NCBI GenBank assembly: GCA_963799845.1
Contig: CAWCYI010000004.1
Location: 2,074,643-2,138,642, forward strand
From: an uncultured Nitrososphaerota archaeon
GTDB taxonomy: Archaea > Thermoproteota > Nitrososphaeria > Nitrososphaerales > CADDZS01
Reading direction: 5' to 3'
Length of the DNA: 64,000 nt
Part shown: in pieces, positions 52,068 through 63,964 of the stretch
How positions within the stretch are numbered: the first letter of the stretch is position 1
Layout: each line of letters opens with the position of its first letter
Translations under genes and position numbers: made by a program
The notes under the pieces: model-generated
Database searches by the model: none
What the model was told of the DNA's origin: nothing
The model's input: the letters and a program-made list of their open reading frames with translations, nothing else

Positions 52068-52397
52068 TTGAATATCCGATCTAAACTGGCTCTTGAAGAT
52101 GTAGTTGTGCCGAATAACAGGAACGGGATCTTTGGAAAAGGCGAGTCTTTCGTGGGGGAAATAGTAGCTATCTTACCCAGATACAAATATCTCATCAGAC
52201 TAGCCAATGGGAAAGAATTGGTCAAGAAGCGTGGGGAAATCAAGAAGAATCAGTTGATTAAATTCCACTCAACAGCGCAGACAGTCAGAGACAGAAATAG
52301 AGAGGCACATAAAAAAGCGCGATCAGTGAGGCACACTATTGGCTCGCGAGACGGTCGAAATCGATCAAGAGCTCTACGAGCAGTATCAGGCTCGTAG
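52068..52397 (+). CDS. small basic hypothetical protein (SH3-like?)
   Basis: GEIVAIL..YLIRL.NG. Confidence 0.45.
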   Translation: MNIRSKLALEDVVVPNNRNGIFGKGESFVGEIVAILPRYKYLIRLANGKELVKKRGEIKKNQLIKFHSTAQTVRDRNREAHKKARSVRHTIGSRDGRNRSRALRAVSGS

Positions 52398-52806
52398 AAA
52401 GTATGCAGAGGAACACGGAACGTGTCCCTTCTGCGATAAGAAAATCCTAGATGGACGGCGGACCTATTGCAGCGATTCTTGCTCAATCAAATTCTGGGAG
52501 AAATACAACTATCAGGGAACCGCCTGGTCGACGCTGCGATCTGCTGTACTGATGAGAGACAAGTATCTCTGCCAGGACCGTTTTAGGAAAGGTTCGCATA
52601 CGCCAGCGACCGAGGTTGATCACGTCGCGGAAATTCAGGACGGCGGCGATGAATTCGACGAGGCTAACTGCCTCAGCACCTGTTCAGAGTGTCATCTTGA
52701 GAAAACGAGATTATGGCGAGCGATTCGCCGAAGGGTGAGAGAGGTCGGAGTGGTGGATGCTCTGGACGATCCTGATGCTCGGGTCATCAGCAGATTGGAC
52801 GTGTAA
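52339..52806 (+). CDS. HNH endonuclease
   Basis: VLMRDKYLCQ...EVDH...GG...N....CSECH..KT; N-terminal CPFC..YCSDSC. Confidence 0.85.
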   Translation: MARETVEIDQELYEQYQARRKYAEEHGTCPFCDKKILDGRRTYCSDSCSIKFWEKYNYQGTAWSTLRSAVLMRDKYLCQDRFRKGSHTPATEVDHVAEIQDGGDEFDEANCLSTCSECHLEKTRLWRAIRRRVREVGVVDALDDPDARVISRLDV

Positions 52807-52965
52807 CGAATTATCGAGTTGTAACGAAGTATCGAGTCGTAGAGCTTTAATCCGGCTACTTTTATTTAAACCACGAGCGCGCGCGCACCAGGAAAGAACT
52901 GGGCACAGAGATCCCAATATTGAGACATAAGAAAGAATATTTCCTTTGATCTTCTGAGTAAGGCC

Positions 52966-53412
52966 ATGAAAGCAATTACCGAGACTGAAATGGAAAGCAG
53001 TGTGGACGTTGCAGCGGATCTCATCGGGGAGATCGCCATCTGTGCAGAGGTACCGAATAATCTGCCATGGCTCATCGGAGCTTATCGCAGAGTAGAAACG
53101 ATGTTGAACGACCCGTGGCTCACAAACCCCGTGATCTCTGTCGGTCCAATCAAACTCGTTAGAGACGCGCCCTAGTGCCGAGCGTTAAATATCATCTGAC
53201 ACTTTCGTAATCGTATGGAAGTTACAGTCGCGGCAAAATGCGCCTCTCCCGAAAATCTAGTACTCTTCGGCGAGGCTCTTACCATCTCGGACAAGAAAGC
53301 GAAGATTGCAGAGCTGGATGAGTCGGTCAGGGAGCTTCAAGAGCAAGAGGCGAGGTTGAAGAAATCCATCTCCGCACTAAAACTGGAAAAGAGACAGCTA
53401 TCGAAGCGTTGA
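52966..53412 (+). CDS. two small hypothetical ORFs (52966; 53215 coiled-coil)
   Basis: ATG starts; AT-rich promoter-like sequence upstream. Confidence 0.5.
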
Positions 53413-53682
53413 TTGCAGCCGTTTCATTTCTTGATTTATTTCGATTATCTCCCGGATCAAAAGCTGTCTTGCGCCAAGAGCTTTTGTCCAATCCAATCTT
53501 TTCTCGAAGGGGCTAGGGCGGTAGATATTCGCGACGACCTTTCCATCCTCGTCCAGCACCGTCCAGGTATCAGCTGATCGCGAATCTTCTTTGAAAATCA
53601 ATTTCCCTCCCAACTCATTTTGTAATAGTCTTTGTGGATGGGATCGGGGATGGTCGTTTGACTCGATAAACCTCTGGAACAT
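53398..53682 (-). CDS. hypothetical protein
   Basis: 94-aa ORF. Confidence 0.45.
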   Translation of the reverse strand: MFQRFIESNDHPRSHPQRLLQNELGGKLIFKEDSRSADTWTVLDEDGKVVANIYRPSPFEKRLDWTKALGARQLLIREIIEINQEMKRLQSTLR

Positions 53683-53869
53683 TCGAGTCTATTTTGAGCG
53701 AACCACAATTTCTGCACAGCCAGCCATAACTCCGGTAAAGTCTGGGTTCCCCCAATCATCGCTTTGTAATAGATCCGTATGCTCTCGACGGGATGGCAGC
53801 CCTTCACGCATCGGTCGGTCCTGAATCTTGGCATTGGTAGATGGTCAGATCCTCTGTCCGGATCCGGTG

Positions 53870-56516
53870 ATTGGGTACCCAATGAATATAAGACCCGTCT
53901 CGATCATGCGTGAAATCAGGCATGTGTACATGTTCAATGGTTTGAAATTGAATTAATCGAAAAAATTCGTGAACTGATGGGTCTTAAATATCGAGACCAG
54001 ATTCTCACGGATCGTTGAACAGCTTCCATACTGGCGCGGTCTTTTGAGAGATTTTCATTTTCTAGGTGAGAAAGATTGGGCGTAGTTTCCGTCGCCGAGC
54101 TCCTGAGAACTATTGAGGACTCCCAGGAACGCCTCGCTCTCCAAAGAGCTTTCCAATATCTGAAACTGAAACCAGCTCATTCGGTCTATGTCGAGCCGAC
54201 TGGCGGACGGGCAGTGATCCACACCAGGCAAGAGACGTGGCCGAGATCGCAGCGCGAGAAAGCCGTACTGATGGAAGGAGTCGAGGTTTCCGAGGAAACG
54301 CCACTCGTAGAGCCAGTCCAACCGCCTAATCTTAAATGAGATCGCCTTCTTCCGCAGCTCAATGTCTGCCGAGAAACCCGCAGATAGTGTTCAGACTTTC
54401 AGTGTTGAGCAGCCGCCCTTTTTCCGATGCAGCTCTTGAGAGAGTACTTGATACCATAGGCCATCTAGCCGAGGGCGATTCTGTTACAGTTACAATTCTC
54501 CGTTCATTGGTTCGAGTGTACGAGACTGACCATCAGTTGTATTACGACAATTCGGATGATGAATTAATTTTCAAATCTTCTCGTCTCACGTTTCATGGTA
54601 GAGTGGACCGAGTAACCACAAAATTCGTCTTGATCTCGACATGCTATCTGACTGTGGAAGGCACGGTCAATCAACCAAATCCAGATTCCCTGAAACAACA
54701 GCAACACACAGCCCCCGAGCTTTTTCTGCCAGGTCAGCCAAACACTCCACTCGGAATCACCTTCAACATCTCCCAAGATTCAATCGTGGATTTGCAAATT
54801 CATAATCGAACCAAGAAGCTTCTGAGAGCCGCGCTGGTCAAGAAGGATAACGAGCTCAGAAAATTGCGAAAGGACGTTGCAGATGCGAAAAAGAAACTCG
54901 CCGAGGAAAGGGACTCTCAAATCAGGGAGCTCGCCGAAGCGAGAGGATCTGAAAAAAGAATTCCATTGGTGATAACGGGCCAACCCCGCGCCATCATAAA
55001 GAAAGTGAAGGGGAAGAAATACCTCTACGTCAGATATTATGACGACAAACAACTCAAAGCGGTCGAGCAGGTACTGCGGCCCCGAGGGTGATCCAGAGGC
55101 TCTAAAGAAAGTAAGAGCTTTAGAAAAGGAGATACTGAAACACCAAATCGTTTCCTTTCAAAAACAGTTGAGTGAGATTGAAACTGTGGAAGTTGCCAGT
55201 ACTCTTGAAAGTGCGGAGTTCACCAGTACTCCAATCGACACGGGATTTTTTGCCAGCCAGCCTGGTAGTGCTGAATTCTCCAAACAGCTAGAGACAGAAA
55301 ACCCCTCGAAGGAAGATGCGACGCAGCCCAACGTTGGGCAGCACCGCAGCGATCTAAACACAAATCACCACAGATGGAAGGATGCAGATTTTCAACGAAT
55401 GGCTACGGAGTACCTAAAGATCCCTGAAAAGGAGAGGCCGTCAGCGAGTAAATTCCTGGACGAGAAAATGGGTTACAGAAACAGCAAATATCTCAAGAAA
55501 TTCGACGATGCAGTTGCAGCCGCGAAAGAGAAGCCAGTCTGAGGGCGATGTATGACATGCTAGAATCTTACCATGTTAGACATGCCTAGTAAGCAGACAT
55601 GCTTAGCTACCCTATTTGAACTCCCGAAACGATTGGGTACCCATTCATCGCTTCGAGAATTCAACGTCCGCAGCTTCAATCGATTGAACCTTTGGTTGAA
55701 CTGATTTCGGGTCGAGGGCCTGCATCGCGGCGACCGAGATTTGTTCTCTCGTATCTAGCCACGCCAAGATGAGACGATCTCTCGCCTCGATCCATCCCTT
55801 CAAAGCTTCGAGAGTTTTGATCGCGGCCTGCAAAACGTCGAGGAAGCTAGCGTCGAGACTTGTGGACATGCTAGGCAGGTCTGTTGGGCTGTGTCGCTGA
55901 GCATCATTTAAGCTGTGAGCTTTGACCCGCAAAATGTCCCTAACGGCCCATCCAAGCTTACAACCTCGCGCAGTACATCAGAGGCAATTTCCGAGAGAAT
56001 TGAGAGCAGCGGAGTCCTGTACGACGCGATCTGGAAAAGTGCCACGCCGCGGGATCTGAGCGTGGGCCACATCAAAATTGAGTTGTAAGCTGTAAGATCG
56101 TCTGGAACCTATTGAATAGGCTCGTCGAGATCCCTATTGACAATCCCCCCTCCCTCTGCTCGAAAGGTACCTTTGTTGTTGAACATCTCAGTTCAATATC
56201 CTCTCGCCGGATCTGGTGAACAGCATGGGTACCCAACAGCAGCAATTTGGGCCCCAACGTTAGTCCAGGGCTGATTTCCCTCGTGGAGCTCCACGATGAA
56301 AAGTGGACCAACGTTAGAACATGAGACCCCGATGTATGCAGTGAGGTACCGCAGGTGGATGAGGATGGGTACCTTTCAACTGGCGACGGCAGGACGATCC
56401 TCGAGTGTTCGTAGATGGTAAGCATGTAGAGTACCAGCCTGCCTCGTAAGAACGCCGTCCGCTAATAGGCGCATATTGATAGTAGCCTATCTTCAATTCC
56501 CTGATGGGTACCCAAC
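53870..56516. repeat. dispersed TGGGTACCCA palindromes
   Basis: Copies at ~53872, 55634, 56226, 56505; variants at 56163, 56343, 56365. Confidence 0.75.
54076..55542 (+). CDS. three tandem hypothetical ORFs (54076, 54336, 55039)
   Basis: 54336 has a coiled coil and a KKVKGKKYLY beta-hairpin DNA-binding-like end. Confidence 0.6.
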
Positions 56517-57068
56517 GCAGCAGATCACGCTCAAGACGTGTGAGAGAACCGCCTTCTGTTACAATTACCCGTGGTGTAACTCATCAAAAGCATCATGTCG
56601 CAGCACGATCCACGCTTCCCAAGTGAGGTGTCTATGCAGGAATCTTCGTCTTTGAAAAAAAAATTCGTGGGGGAGTACTGAAAACCAGCGCAATGCTGTA
56701 TGACATTGCGCTAAACTCAACGGGGCAAGATTCTGACTCCTTTCCGTTCAATCACGCTCAATGTACGAGATTGGATGAGATTCCTGGGGGGGTGGTTTTT
56801 TCAATGTTGTCGTCGTCTGCGTCGCGTTTCCACAACGTATTATCCACTCTAGCGGTTTGACCCCCACTAGAGGCTGTATTCATGGGGATCGGATCCCAGA
56901 TCCTCTTGCTTTGACATTAGAAAGTGAGACTAAAAGTAATAGCAGTAGTTTTGTACGACACGTACGACACGTCTTACAAAAATAGATAAAGCAATGAATG
57001 AGGCTTCGCGCCTAAATTGACGACGTACAACATCTGTCGATGAAATCCGCTTTTACTCGTGAATCCCA

Positions 57069-57260
57069 ATGAAGTGTTCCCGTCTCGGTTGCCCCAAGAA
57101 AGAGCCAAAGGACGTGCTGTATCCAGTCCACTACAAAATCGCGGGTGGGGCTATGGTTGGACAGGCGAAATTCTGCGTTGAGCATCTACCCGAGCCAGGA
57201 ATCATTGGAATGACCGACACCATTGAGTACGCCCCAATGCAGCCGCTAATTCTTATTTAG
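57069..57260 (+). CDS. small Zn-finger protein
   Basis: C....C...FCVEH. Confidence 0.5.
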   Translation: MKCSRLGCPKKEPKDVLYPVHYKIAGGAMVGQAKFCVEHLPEPGIIGMTDTIEYAPMQPLILI

Positions 57261-57792
57261 TAGCTTCTCGTACAACAGTTGTCGAAGTCTCACCTTACAC
57301 TGTCGATGTTCACACGATAGAATTCTTTGGAACATCGAACTCGTTACCGACAAATTTCTTACAGTAGCACGTCTCGCGTCCGAAAGAATCTCTGTGCCGT
57401 CTGACGACGAGGACCGTGGGAAAGTGGTAGCAATCAAAGTGCAGTTTGTTACCCCACATCATCGCCAGCTCTGGATTATGCAATTCAATCCAATGCTGAC
57501 CCTTTACTATTGGATCGTCGCAGCCGAGGCAGCCCATCTTGACTCTCCCCGAACAAACATGCAAAGTAAAATAAAAACATGCAAAGTACCCATGATTTCC
57601 TCGCCAAAGATGTACAAGCCATTCTCCCAACGGAACTGGCGACGGGCCCAGTGTTTGCGATTGACACTTGAAGGATGGTGTCTCACGTTCTTCAACGTGT
57701 GGCGAGCTCCCGGATCTCGAGAGCGCGCGCGCGCTCAAATCCGACACTATCGGATTTTGCATGTGGGATCCGCGTACTCTCCATCGCAAGAT

Positions 57793-58020
57793 TCATCCCC
57801 ATTTTGTAGATGCCAAGAAACGAAGAAAGGAGAGGGATGTGTTGATGAGTTTCGCAAGAGGAAAGGAAAGCAGACCGAGATAGATCAGACCGAGATACCA
57901 CGGCCACACTCCATCGCTGACAAGCTGCTGCACCACGAAGCAAGTTGCAATATAGACACCGTTGACAGCGAAAAGGCCGAGGACGTTTTCTTGGTACGCG
58001 CTAAGAAATGAAAGTCTCAC
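57793..58020 (-). CDS. small membrane protein
   Basis: Two TM; coupled to the methyltransferase stop. Confidence 0.5.
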   Translation of the reverse strand: MRLSFLSAYQENVLGLFAVNGVYIATCFVVQQLVSDGVWPWYLGLIYLGLLSFPLAKLINTSLSFLRFLASTKWG

Positions 58021-58607
58021 GATGTTACTACCTCTGCGGTTTCCTGAACGCCGAAATCTCCCAGCTCGGTAACTGATCGCAGAATCTTGCTGCCTTCTAT
58101 CTCCCTGTATTCGGTCCCTAGAATTTCGCAGGCTCGCTTGAGATTGTCGCTGCCTTTGTATGCCTCGCAGACTATACCGCTTTTTCCCACGAAAGCATCG
58201 ACTAGAGTTATCAAAATCTCGATTGGCTTTGATGTTAGAAAGTTGTTGTCCGTTCTTGGGCTTACAAGCACCGAGGGCAGACTGTATTTTGTCCTAAATC
58301 CTTCATTCCATCTTGCCATGATGTACTCGTGCGCGTACCGGACATTCCATCCGATTCCCGCGTGTGCCTTCCACCAAATTATTGTTCGCCTGGTTTCAAA
58401 GCGGCTCATTCGTGTTAGTTCATCCGAGAGGTACCGATCAATGCACCAGATCAGAGATGCGTCCATGCCTTCCTCGAAAATGCTGAGCTCTTTCTGGATT
58501 TCTTTTACAGGTAATCGCTCATAGTCCTTCATCCCCTCATATTTTGAATCTCTTTTGGGGCGTTGGATCTGACCTTCCCACGGCGGATCTGCAACGAGCA
58601 GCTTCAC
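58017..58607 (-). CDS. amino (N6A/N4C) DNA methyltransferase, beta-class order
   Basis: ADPPW at N-terminus; W.K...G; KP; degenerate motif I (EAYKGSD). Confidence 0.75.
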   Translation of the reverse strand: MKLLVADPPWEGQIQRPKRDSKYEGMKDYERLPVKEIQKELSIFEEGMDASLIWCIDRYLSDELTRMSRFETRRTIIWWKAHAGIGWNVRYAHEYIMARWNEGFRTKYSLPSVLVSPRTDNNFLTSKPIEILITLVDAFVGKSGIVCEAYKGSDNLKRACEILGTEYREIEGSKILRSVTELGDFGVQETAEVVTS

Positions 58608-59224
58608 TGAAAATGGAACACCTTTGGAGAGAATTCAGATCTCCTGATTAGCCAGTATTCGCGCTTATCGACGCACACCTGACAGGTATTGCACTCGCAT
58701 CCCGGTACGCACTCACAGGTAACAGATCGCATGTCTCGCGGCACGTTATTCAAAAATCCGTTGTCGAGGAAATTTTGGACAGGAAGGAAAAGTGGTTCGT
58801 ACGATCTGATGGCCCTCTCGTCTAAATCGACCCAGAACATATCACGAATCTTGTCTGGCTCTCCGATCTCAAAGTCTGCATACTTGCTCTCCCCGTACAG
58901 GAAAATTGTAACGTAGTGCTTAGGCTCTGGCGGCCCACCGCGCGGAGCTGGAAATTGCAATCGGTGATCATACGCGAATTTAGTGAATTTGCTAACAGGG
59001 AAAATATCGTTGGTCATCCCGACGCAGTTCAGCTTTCCACGGATCGGCAAAGTGGTTTCCTCAAACACTTCTCTGATCCCACAATGCGCCCACGTCTCTC
59101 CGTTCTCAAGATGCCCGCCAGGAAAGGCATAGGTTCCGTCCGCCCGCTTGATCATCAGGACTTGTTGTAGATTTGAGCTGGGATTGCTCACAAGTACTCC
59201 CACGCCAATGCTCGGCCTGTTCAT
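58604..59224 (-). CDS. Nudix hydrolase (NUDT15-like)
   Basis: GGHLENGE....GIREVFEET; KHYVTIF; EPDK; PLFLP. Confidence 0.9.
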   Translation of the reverse strand: MNRPSIGVGVLVSNPSSNLQQVLMIKRADGTYAFPGGHLENGETWAHCGIREVFEETTLPIRGKLNCVGMTNDIFPVSKFTKFAYDHRLQFPAPRGGPPEPKHYVTIFLYGESKYADFEIGEPDKIRDMFWVDLDERAIRSYEPLFLPVQNFLDNGFLNNVPRDMRSVTCECVPGCECNTCQVCVDKREYWLIRRSEFSPKVFHFQ

Positions 59225-61022
59225 TTCTTCCATCTCCCCATTATTTTGTAATCTCGAAGTGGACCCACGACCGCGCTGCCGCATCTCTCACAAATCCATG
59301 TTATCGAGTTGGGTTTCTTGGGATCCATTTTCCAGAACATACGACCGCCGCACTCTATCAACCCATACAACGTTTTTCCAACTACTGCCTGGCAATTTCT
59401 CCCGTGAAGCATCTGGACGTGATCGGGAAGGTGGAAATCGCAGTACGGAAACTCGCAGTAGAAACAGTCCGAGGTTTTCTCACTACCACAAACATTGCAG
59501 CCCAATTTCAGAACCCCAGAAACAGTAAGGCGAAGGACGCTGACGAGTAAGCTGGCCAGAATTCAGCGTATATTCTTGTCGTTGATCGCGAGCATGGAGA
59601 TCCCCAACATTCCCGAGACTAACACCCAATCTAGGAGAGTCAGCTAGGGACGACCCCCGAGGCAGGAAAGGCAATCGTCGCAGATGCAGAAACCCTCGCA
59701 GCAATCTGGACCGCAGTACTCTTCCATCGGTTTGTTGATCTCGTACACGCCACTGAGTAGCATTGCGATATGCTCTAAATCGGGATCATTGAGAGGCGAA
59801 TCGTGCTGCTGCTGCAACGCGAATTGTTTCCCGTTAGCCAACTCGACGGTTCGCTTGGGCGGAGCTGCCAGGTCAGGATCATCTCTGTGTTCAGGGCGAA
59901 GCCAAAGCGGATTTTGCAGACCGATGATTCTGCCGTGAGGACTGATCGTGATGAGCGAGTAATTGGACTCGACGTGGATCACCTCGGTTGATCCAAAGTA
60001 GCGATAATCGTCAGGCTGACCTTCCTCGGCCATTGCCGCGAGTACTGCAAATCTGAACGTCAAAATTCTGGATGCCTCTGTGCCAGAGCTTGTGCCGTCG
60101 AAAGCGCGTGATGAAATTGAGTAGTCCTTCAAATGCGTACAAGCCAGTAGCGAGTAAGGCGGTTACGAAAGCAGCGGCAGTTAGGACGGCGAAATAGAAG
60201 TACTGACCGCCCACCTCGATCTTGTTCAAATTGCTGATTGCGATGGCGAGAGAAAAGATCCCCCAGAGGCCGAGAAGGGCGAGGATGTTCCTAATATTTC
60301 TGTTCAAATTTTCGATCCATCTGCAACGGTAAAGGATTCACGTCCTCGCTAATCCATGCCCATTCCGCTAACTCGTGTCCATCTCGGAGATGAACAGCCA
60401 GCTCTTCTCTGTCGTAGTTAGGGGCTTTGCAGAGGAAACAGGGCAATGGTCTAGCCCAGGAATATTCGATCAGCGTCCGTTGAATTTCCCGAGAGCTCCA
60501 GAGGATTTTTCTTCGCAGTTGCGCGAGCGTGATCAAGCCTCGGACGCACATGAGAAACGGCATCATGTACACCACGGTTTCAACGTCGCCTGCGTCGTCG
60601 TACGAATCCACTTGCACGTTGGTACCGTAGCGAGCTTCCTTTGGGAATTCGTCCAGTCGGTCCATAAAGCGGCGCACCGCCCACTTTGAATCGCGTTCCC
60701 AGATCTCGGTTTGAAATTTGCCGTTGAGGATTTCATGTTTGAAGATGTTGAGTTTCCCGCCGTGCCAATTCTTGCACACGAACCCGCCCTGGATTCGCGC
60801 AATGGTTTCGATGGTTCGCGCCAGGCTTTCTTTGTGGCCCTTCGGCTTGCTCTCGGGGCCTGCTATCCCTGATTTGCAGATCGTGCATTGGAAGGTTTCC
60901 ACGATTGCATTAACGCCGTCAGCCCACTCGATCAGGGCGATCCAGTGGTGGCGGTGGGGATTGTTTTCGATGAGCAGCAGGCCGCAGCGGTCGCATAGCT
61001 GAGAAAGTTGGGTTGTGGTCAT
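59221..61022 (-). CDS. run of virus-type small ORFs (59221, 59644, 60011, 60291), several with Cys/His Zn fingers
   Basis: Overlapping stop/start codons; CxxC motifs. Confidence 0.6.
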
Positions 61023-61891
61023 CAGGATCGCCTCGGTTGAGCGCAGTGGTCATCCCTTTCGCAGTGGTAAAGGCATGTCCTCGTGTCGTTTCCGTGGACG
61101 CATACGTACATGGAACCCGAGCTTTGGTGAACGTAACCTCTGGCCGGATCGAAGGTCAAAGGTCGGTCGCACCGCCAGCAGGGAACCATAGGGTCTCGTT
61201 GGGGCTGACCTATTTCTTTTTTTTCGTTCAAACCCCTCAGCTCGTCCTGAAATTTCTTCCAATCCTTTTCCGTGAGCTTGGGCCGCGTGGCCGATTCGTC
61301 AAGTTCGATTTCCGCCTCTCCCGCCTCACCGTCAGGGCCATTTTCCAGTTCTTCTGCGCTCAGGGTTTCCCCTCTCGCGATCCGCTTTTGCATATCAGCG
61401 GTCAGCTTGTCTGTGTCAATGATCCGCCCTTCTACCATTTCATCCGAGAACGTCTTGAGACGTTCTTTCAGATCTGAGCGATCCATCATGTCATTTTCCT
61501 CGCCCTTCGTCAGCTTGCAGTAAGGCGTTTCCGTTCCTTTGATCATCACGAACCCAAGCTTAAAGCCGTTGTATTCTTTGAATTCTTTGAAACGAAATCC
61601 GCCTTTCTTTAGGGCAGTTTGTAGCGAGGAGACGGTTTCAAAGCCGCCGATTTCCGCGTCCCATATCCCGAGCTTCCTGAACTCGATGGGTTTGATGTAA
61701 TCTTGGGTGGCGTAGTAGAGCAGCCTCTTGTTTAGAAGGATTGCAATTTTATTCCCGTTCTGGCTCAGAAATCTTGACGCTTCTTTTCTGGACCTGATTG
61801 TTTGCGTAATCTTCCCGAGCTTCAGCTTGACCGCAGCATTGGGGCCCAGTACCAAAGTGGTAAAGTGCAGCTCCACTAATTTCTCGTTCAA
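61022..61891 (-). CDS. ASCH-domain protein with acidic and Zn-finger C-terminal part
   Basis: LGKITQTIR...DAEIGGF resembles the ASCH GxKxxTxR/DAxxxGF pattern. Confidence 0.55.
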   Translation of the reverse strand: MNEKLVELHFTTLVLGPNAAVKLKLGKITQTIRSRKEASRFLSQNGNKIAILLNKRLLYYATQDYIKPIEFRKLGIWDAEIGGFETVSSLQTALKKGGFRFKEFKEYNGFKLGFVMIKGTETPYCKLTKGEENDMMDRSDLKERLKTFSDEMVEGRIIDTDKLTADMQKRIARGETLSAEELENGPDGEAGEAEIELDESATRPKLTEKDWKKFQDELRGLNEKKEIGQPQRDPMVPCWRCDRPLTFDPARGYVHQSSGSMYVCVHGNDTRTCLYHCERDDHCAQPRRS

Positions 61892-63964
61892 TAACCCTCG
61901 CCGTCCTCGAAATCCTCGCCTGAATCCACGCCCAGATCGTTTGCCATCCCTTCAAAATCAACCTCTCCCGAGATCGGGTCAGTCCACGGGAGATCCGGCT
62001 GAACATCGGTGATGTAGTCCCAACATTCTTTGTGGATTAATCCGAGGATGCCTGGGTGCGCCGACTGATCTTCTGCAAACTCTTTCTGTTCTTCCTCGAT
62101 GCGTGTTTTGCACACGGTACATTTCTCAACATTCACCTGTTCGCTCATTCGGGCCGCCCCCTCAAGCCGTCATCTATCCTGCGAAATTTGGTTCTGAGCG
62201 CGCGCGCTCTGACCGTGATATAGGCGATCGTACCCAAAACGATCCCGCTGATAAAATCTGCAAGAAAAATTCCCAACTATCTTTTCACGTCGATCTCCGC
62301 TAGGTCGTAAGGCGTGAGCTCTAGGTTCTGCAAGCGAATCGACACGCTGCGGTCTGCTTTGTAGATGCTGACCGTTACTTTGTACCGCTGCATTTTCAGC
62401 GCGAGATTTTTCTGGACTTCCTCGAAGGGATGCTGGATCAGGAATTCCACGTAAGTACTCAGCTTGTTTCTCCTGACAAATTCTACGGCTTCTAGGATAA
62501 ATTCCTCGTTTGCGAAAATCTCTTTCTCAACCCAATCCTTTCCCGCTTGGATCGCTTTATCCCAATCTTTGTGCCACGCGCCCTGGGGCCCAAAACCTTC
62601 TTCCCACGTTGGACCTTTGGGGTGAGCTTCCTTCCATATCGCGTGGTGGTCAACATAGTTGATGACGAGTTTCGATTTCATTTTTGTTTCACTTGATTTG
62701 CTTCCCTGATCAAACTTTTAACACCCGTAACAGCGTCGCAGCCAATACAGAAAACTGCGAGCCATCCATCTCCGTTTTCGCCGAACAGGATGATCGGATT
62801 CTCGGGAACGATCATGCTGCACCTGACGCAAGCAGCGGTATCTCCGATGTGCGTGTACACGTCATAACGAGTACCTAAAATCACGGTTGGATTAGCCCGG
62901 TACTTCCAGCCTGCCACGTTGTTTTCGTTGATCTCCACGCCGTCCGAGTCAGCATGTTGGCGATGGTTGCAGTTAGGGCCGTGCTTGATTCTCCAAGCGA
63001 AGTTACCGAAAGTACCGTCCGAATCGAGCTGATCTTTCTCGATCCTGACCTCGTAAGGCGCGGAACAGGAACCACACTCGCCAGCAGCGGGGATCCAAGT
63101 ATCCATCTGGAAATCTTTGAGCAGTTCTCTCAAACTTTTTCCTCTGCCTCGATTTCTTTCTCGACTTTCTTGATGTATGCCCGACTCTCGCGCATGTGGT
63201 CGTCGCTGGCTCGGAAGAACTGGACCCGCCCTTCATGGCCTTTCGTTGAACACTCATTTACCTCGATGATCGGATTCTGGACTAGCCGCATTGTCTCGGA
63301 GAGCTCGATGATTCCGACATGCCGCATGTCCTTCCCGCAGAGATCGCAGATCATTCCTAAACACCAATTCCTTCGGCCAGATCGAGAACGTCCAGCCTAT
63401 CGAAAGTAGTTTTGCCGTTGCTACGGAAAGGACGCTTTGTGAATCTGCGTTTCCGCAACTTGCTGATCTCATCGTTGTTGGTTTCAATAGTGTGGGAATG
63501 GCCGTTAGGATGGACGAATTCCTTCCTGTACCGGATCCCGTACGTCGGAGTACCGGACGTGTGAACATTGATCTTCAAGACCATCAATCTGCACCCTTTC
63601 TTCGGACATTTCATTTTGTTAGGGCTTCCAGTATGTTTTCGACGTGCAGCTTTTCGAGAGAATCAGTTACCCGAGAGTAATCCGTAATGTCAATCTTCCA
63701 ACCCATGCCGCCGTACCGCGTTCCCGTGCTGCCACGTTCCTTCAATTGTCCGTAATAATACTCATCAAGCGAAACTGTAATTTCGTCGTCGGGCCACTCC
63801 ACTCCAATCCCGAGGCCGACATGATCCTTTCGCTGCACGGTCAGCTTCGCGATTTCGTCGAACATGATTCTTCTGTCAGCTCCCATTTTCAATTTCATAT
63901 TTCGCGAGACAAGTTTTCCTTTCAACATCTCCCGCTTTTCGAGAGCTGCCAGATCCTCGGGCAT
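61888..63964 (-). CDS. run of translationally coupled small ORFs (61888, 62277, 62678, 63130, 63357, 63611)
   Basis: 4-nt stop/start overlaps (ATGA/TTGA); Zn-ribbon motifs. Confidence 0.65.

Noticed and set aside
56840-56915. Possible tRNA or structured RNA
   Set aside because: Hairpins are present but there is no cloverleaf, T-loop or acceptor stem on either strand.
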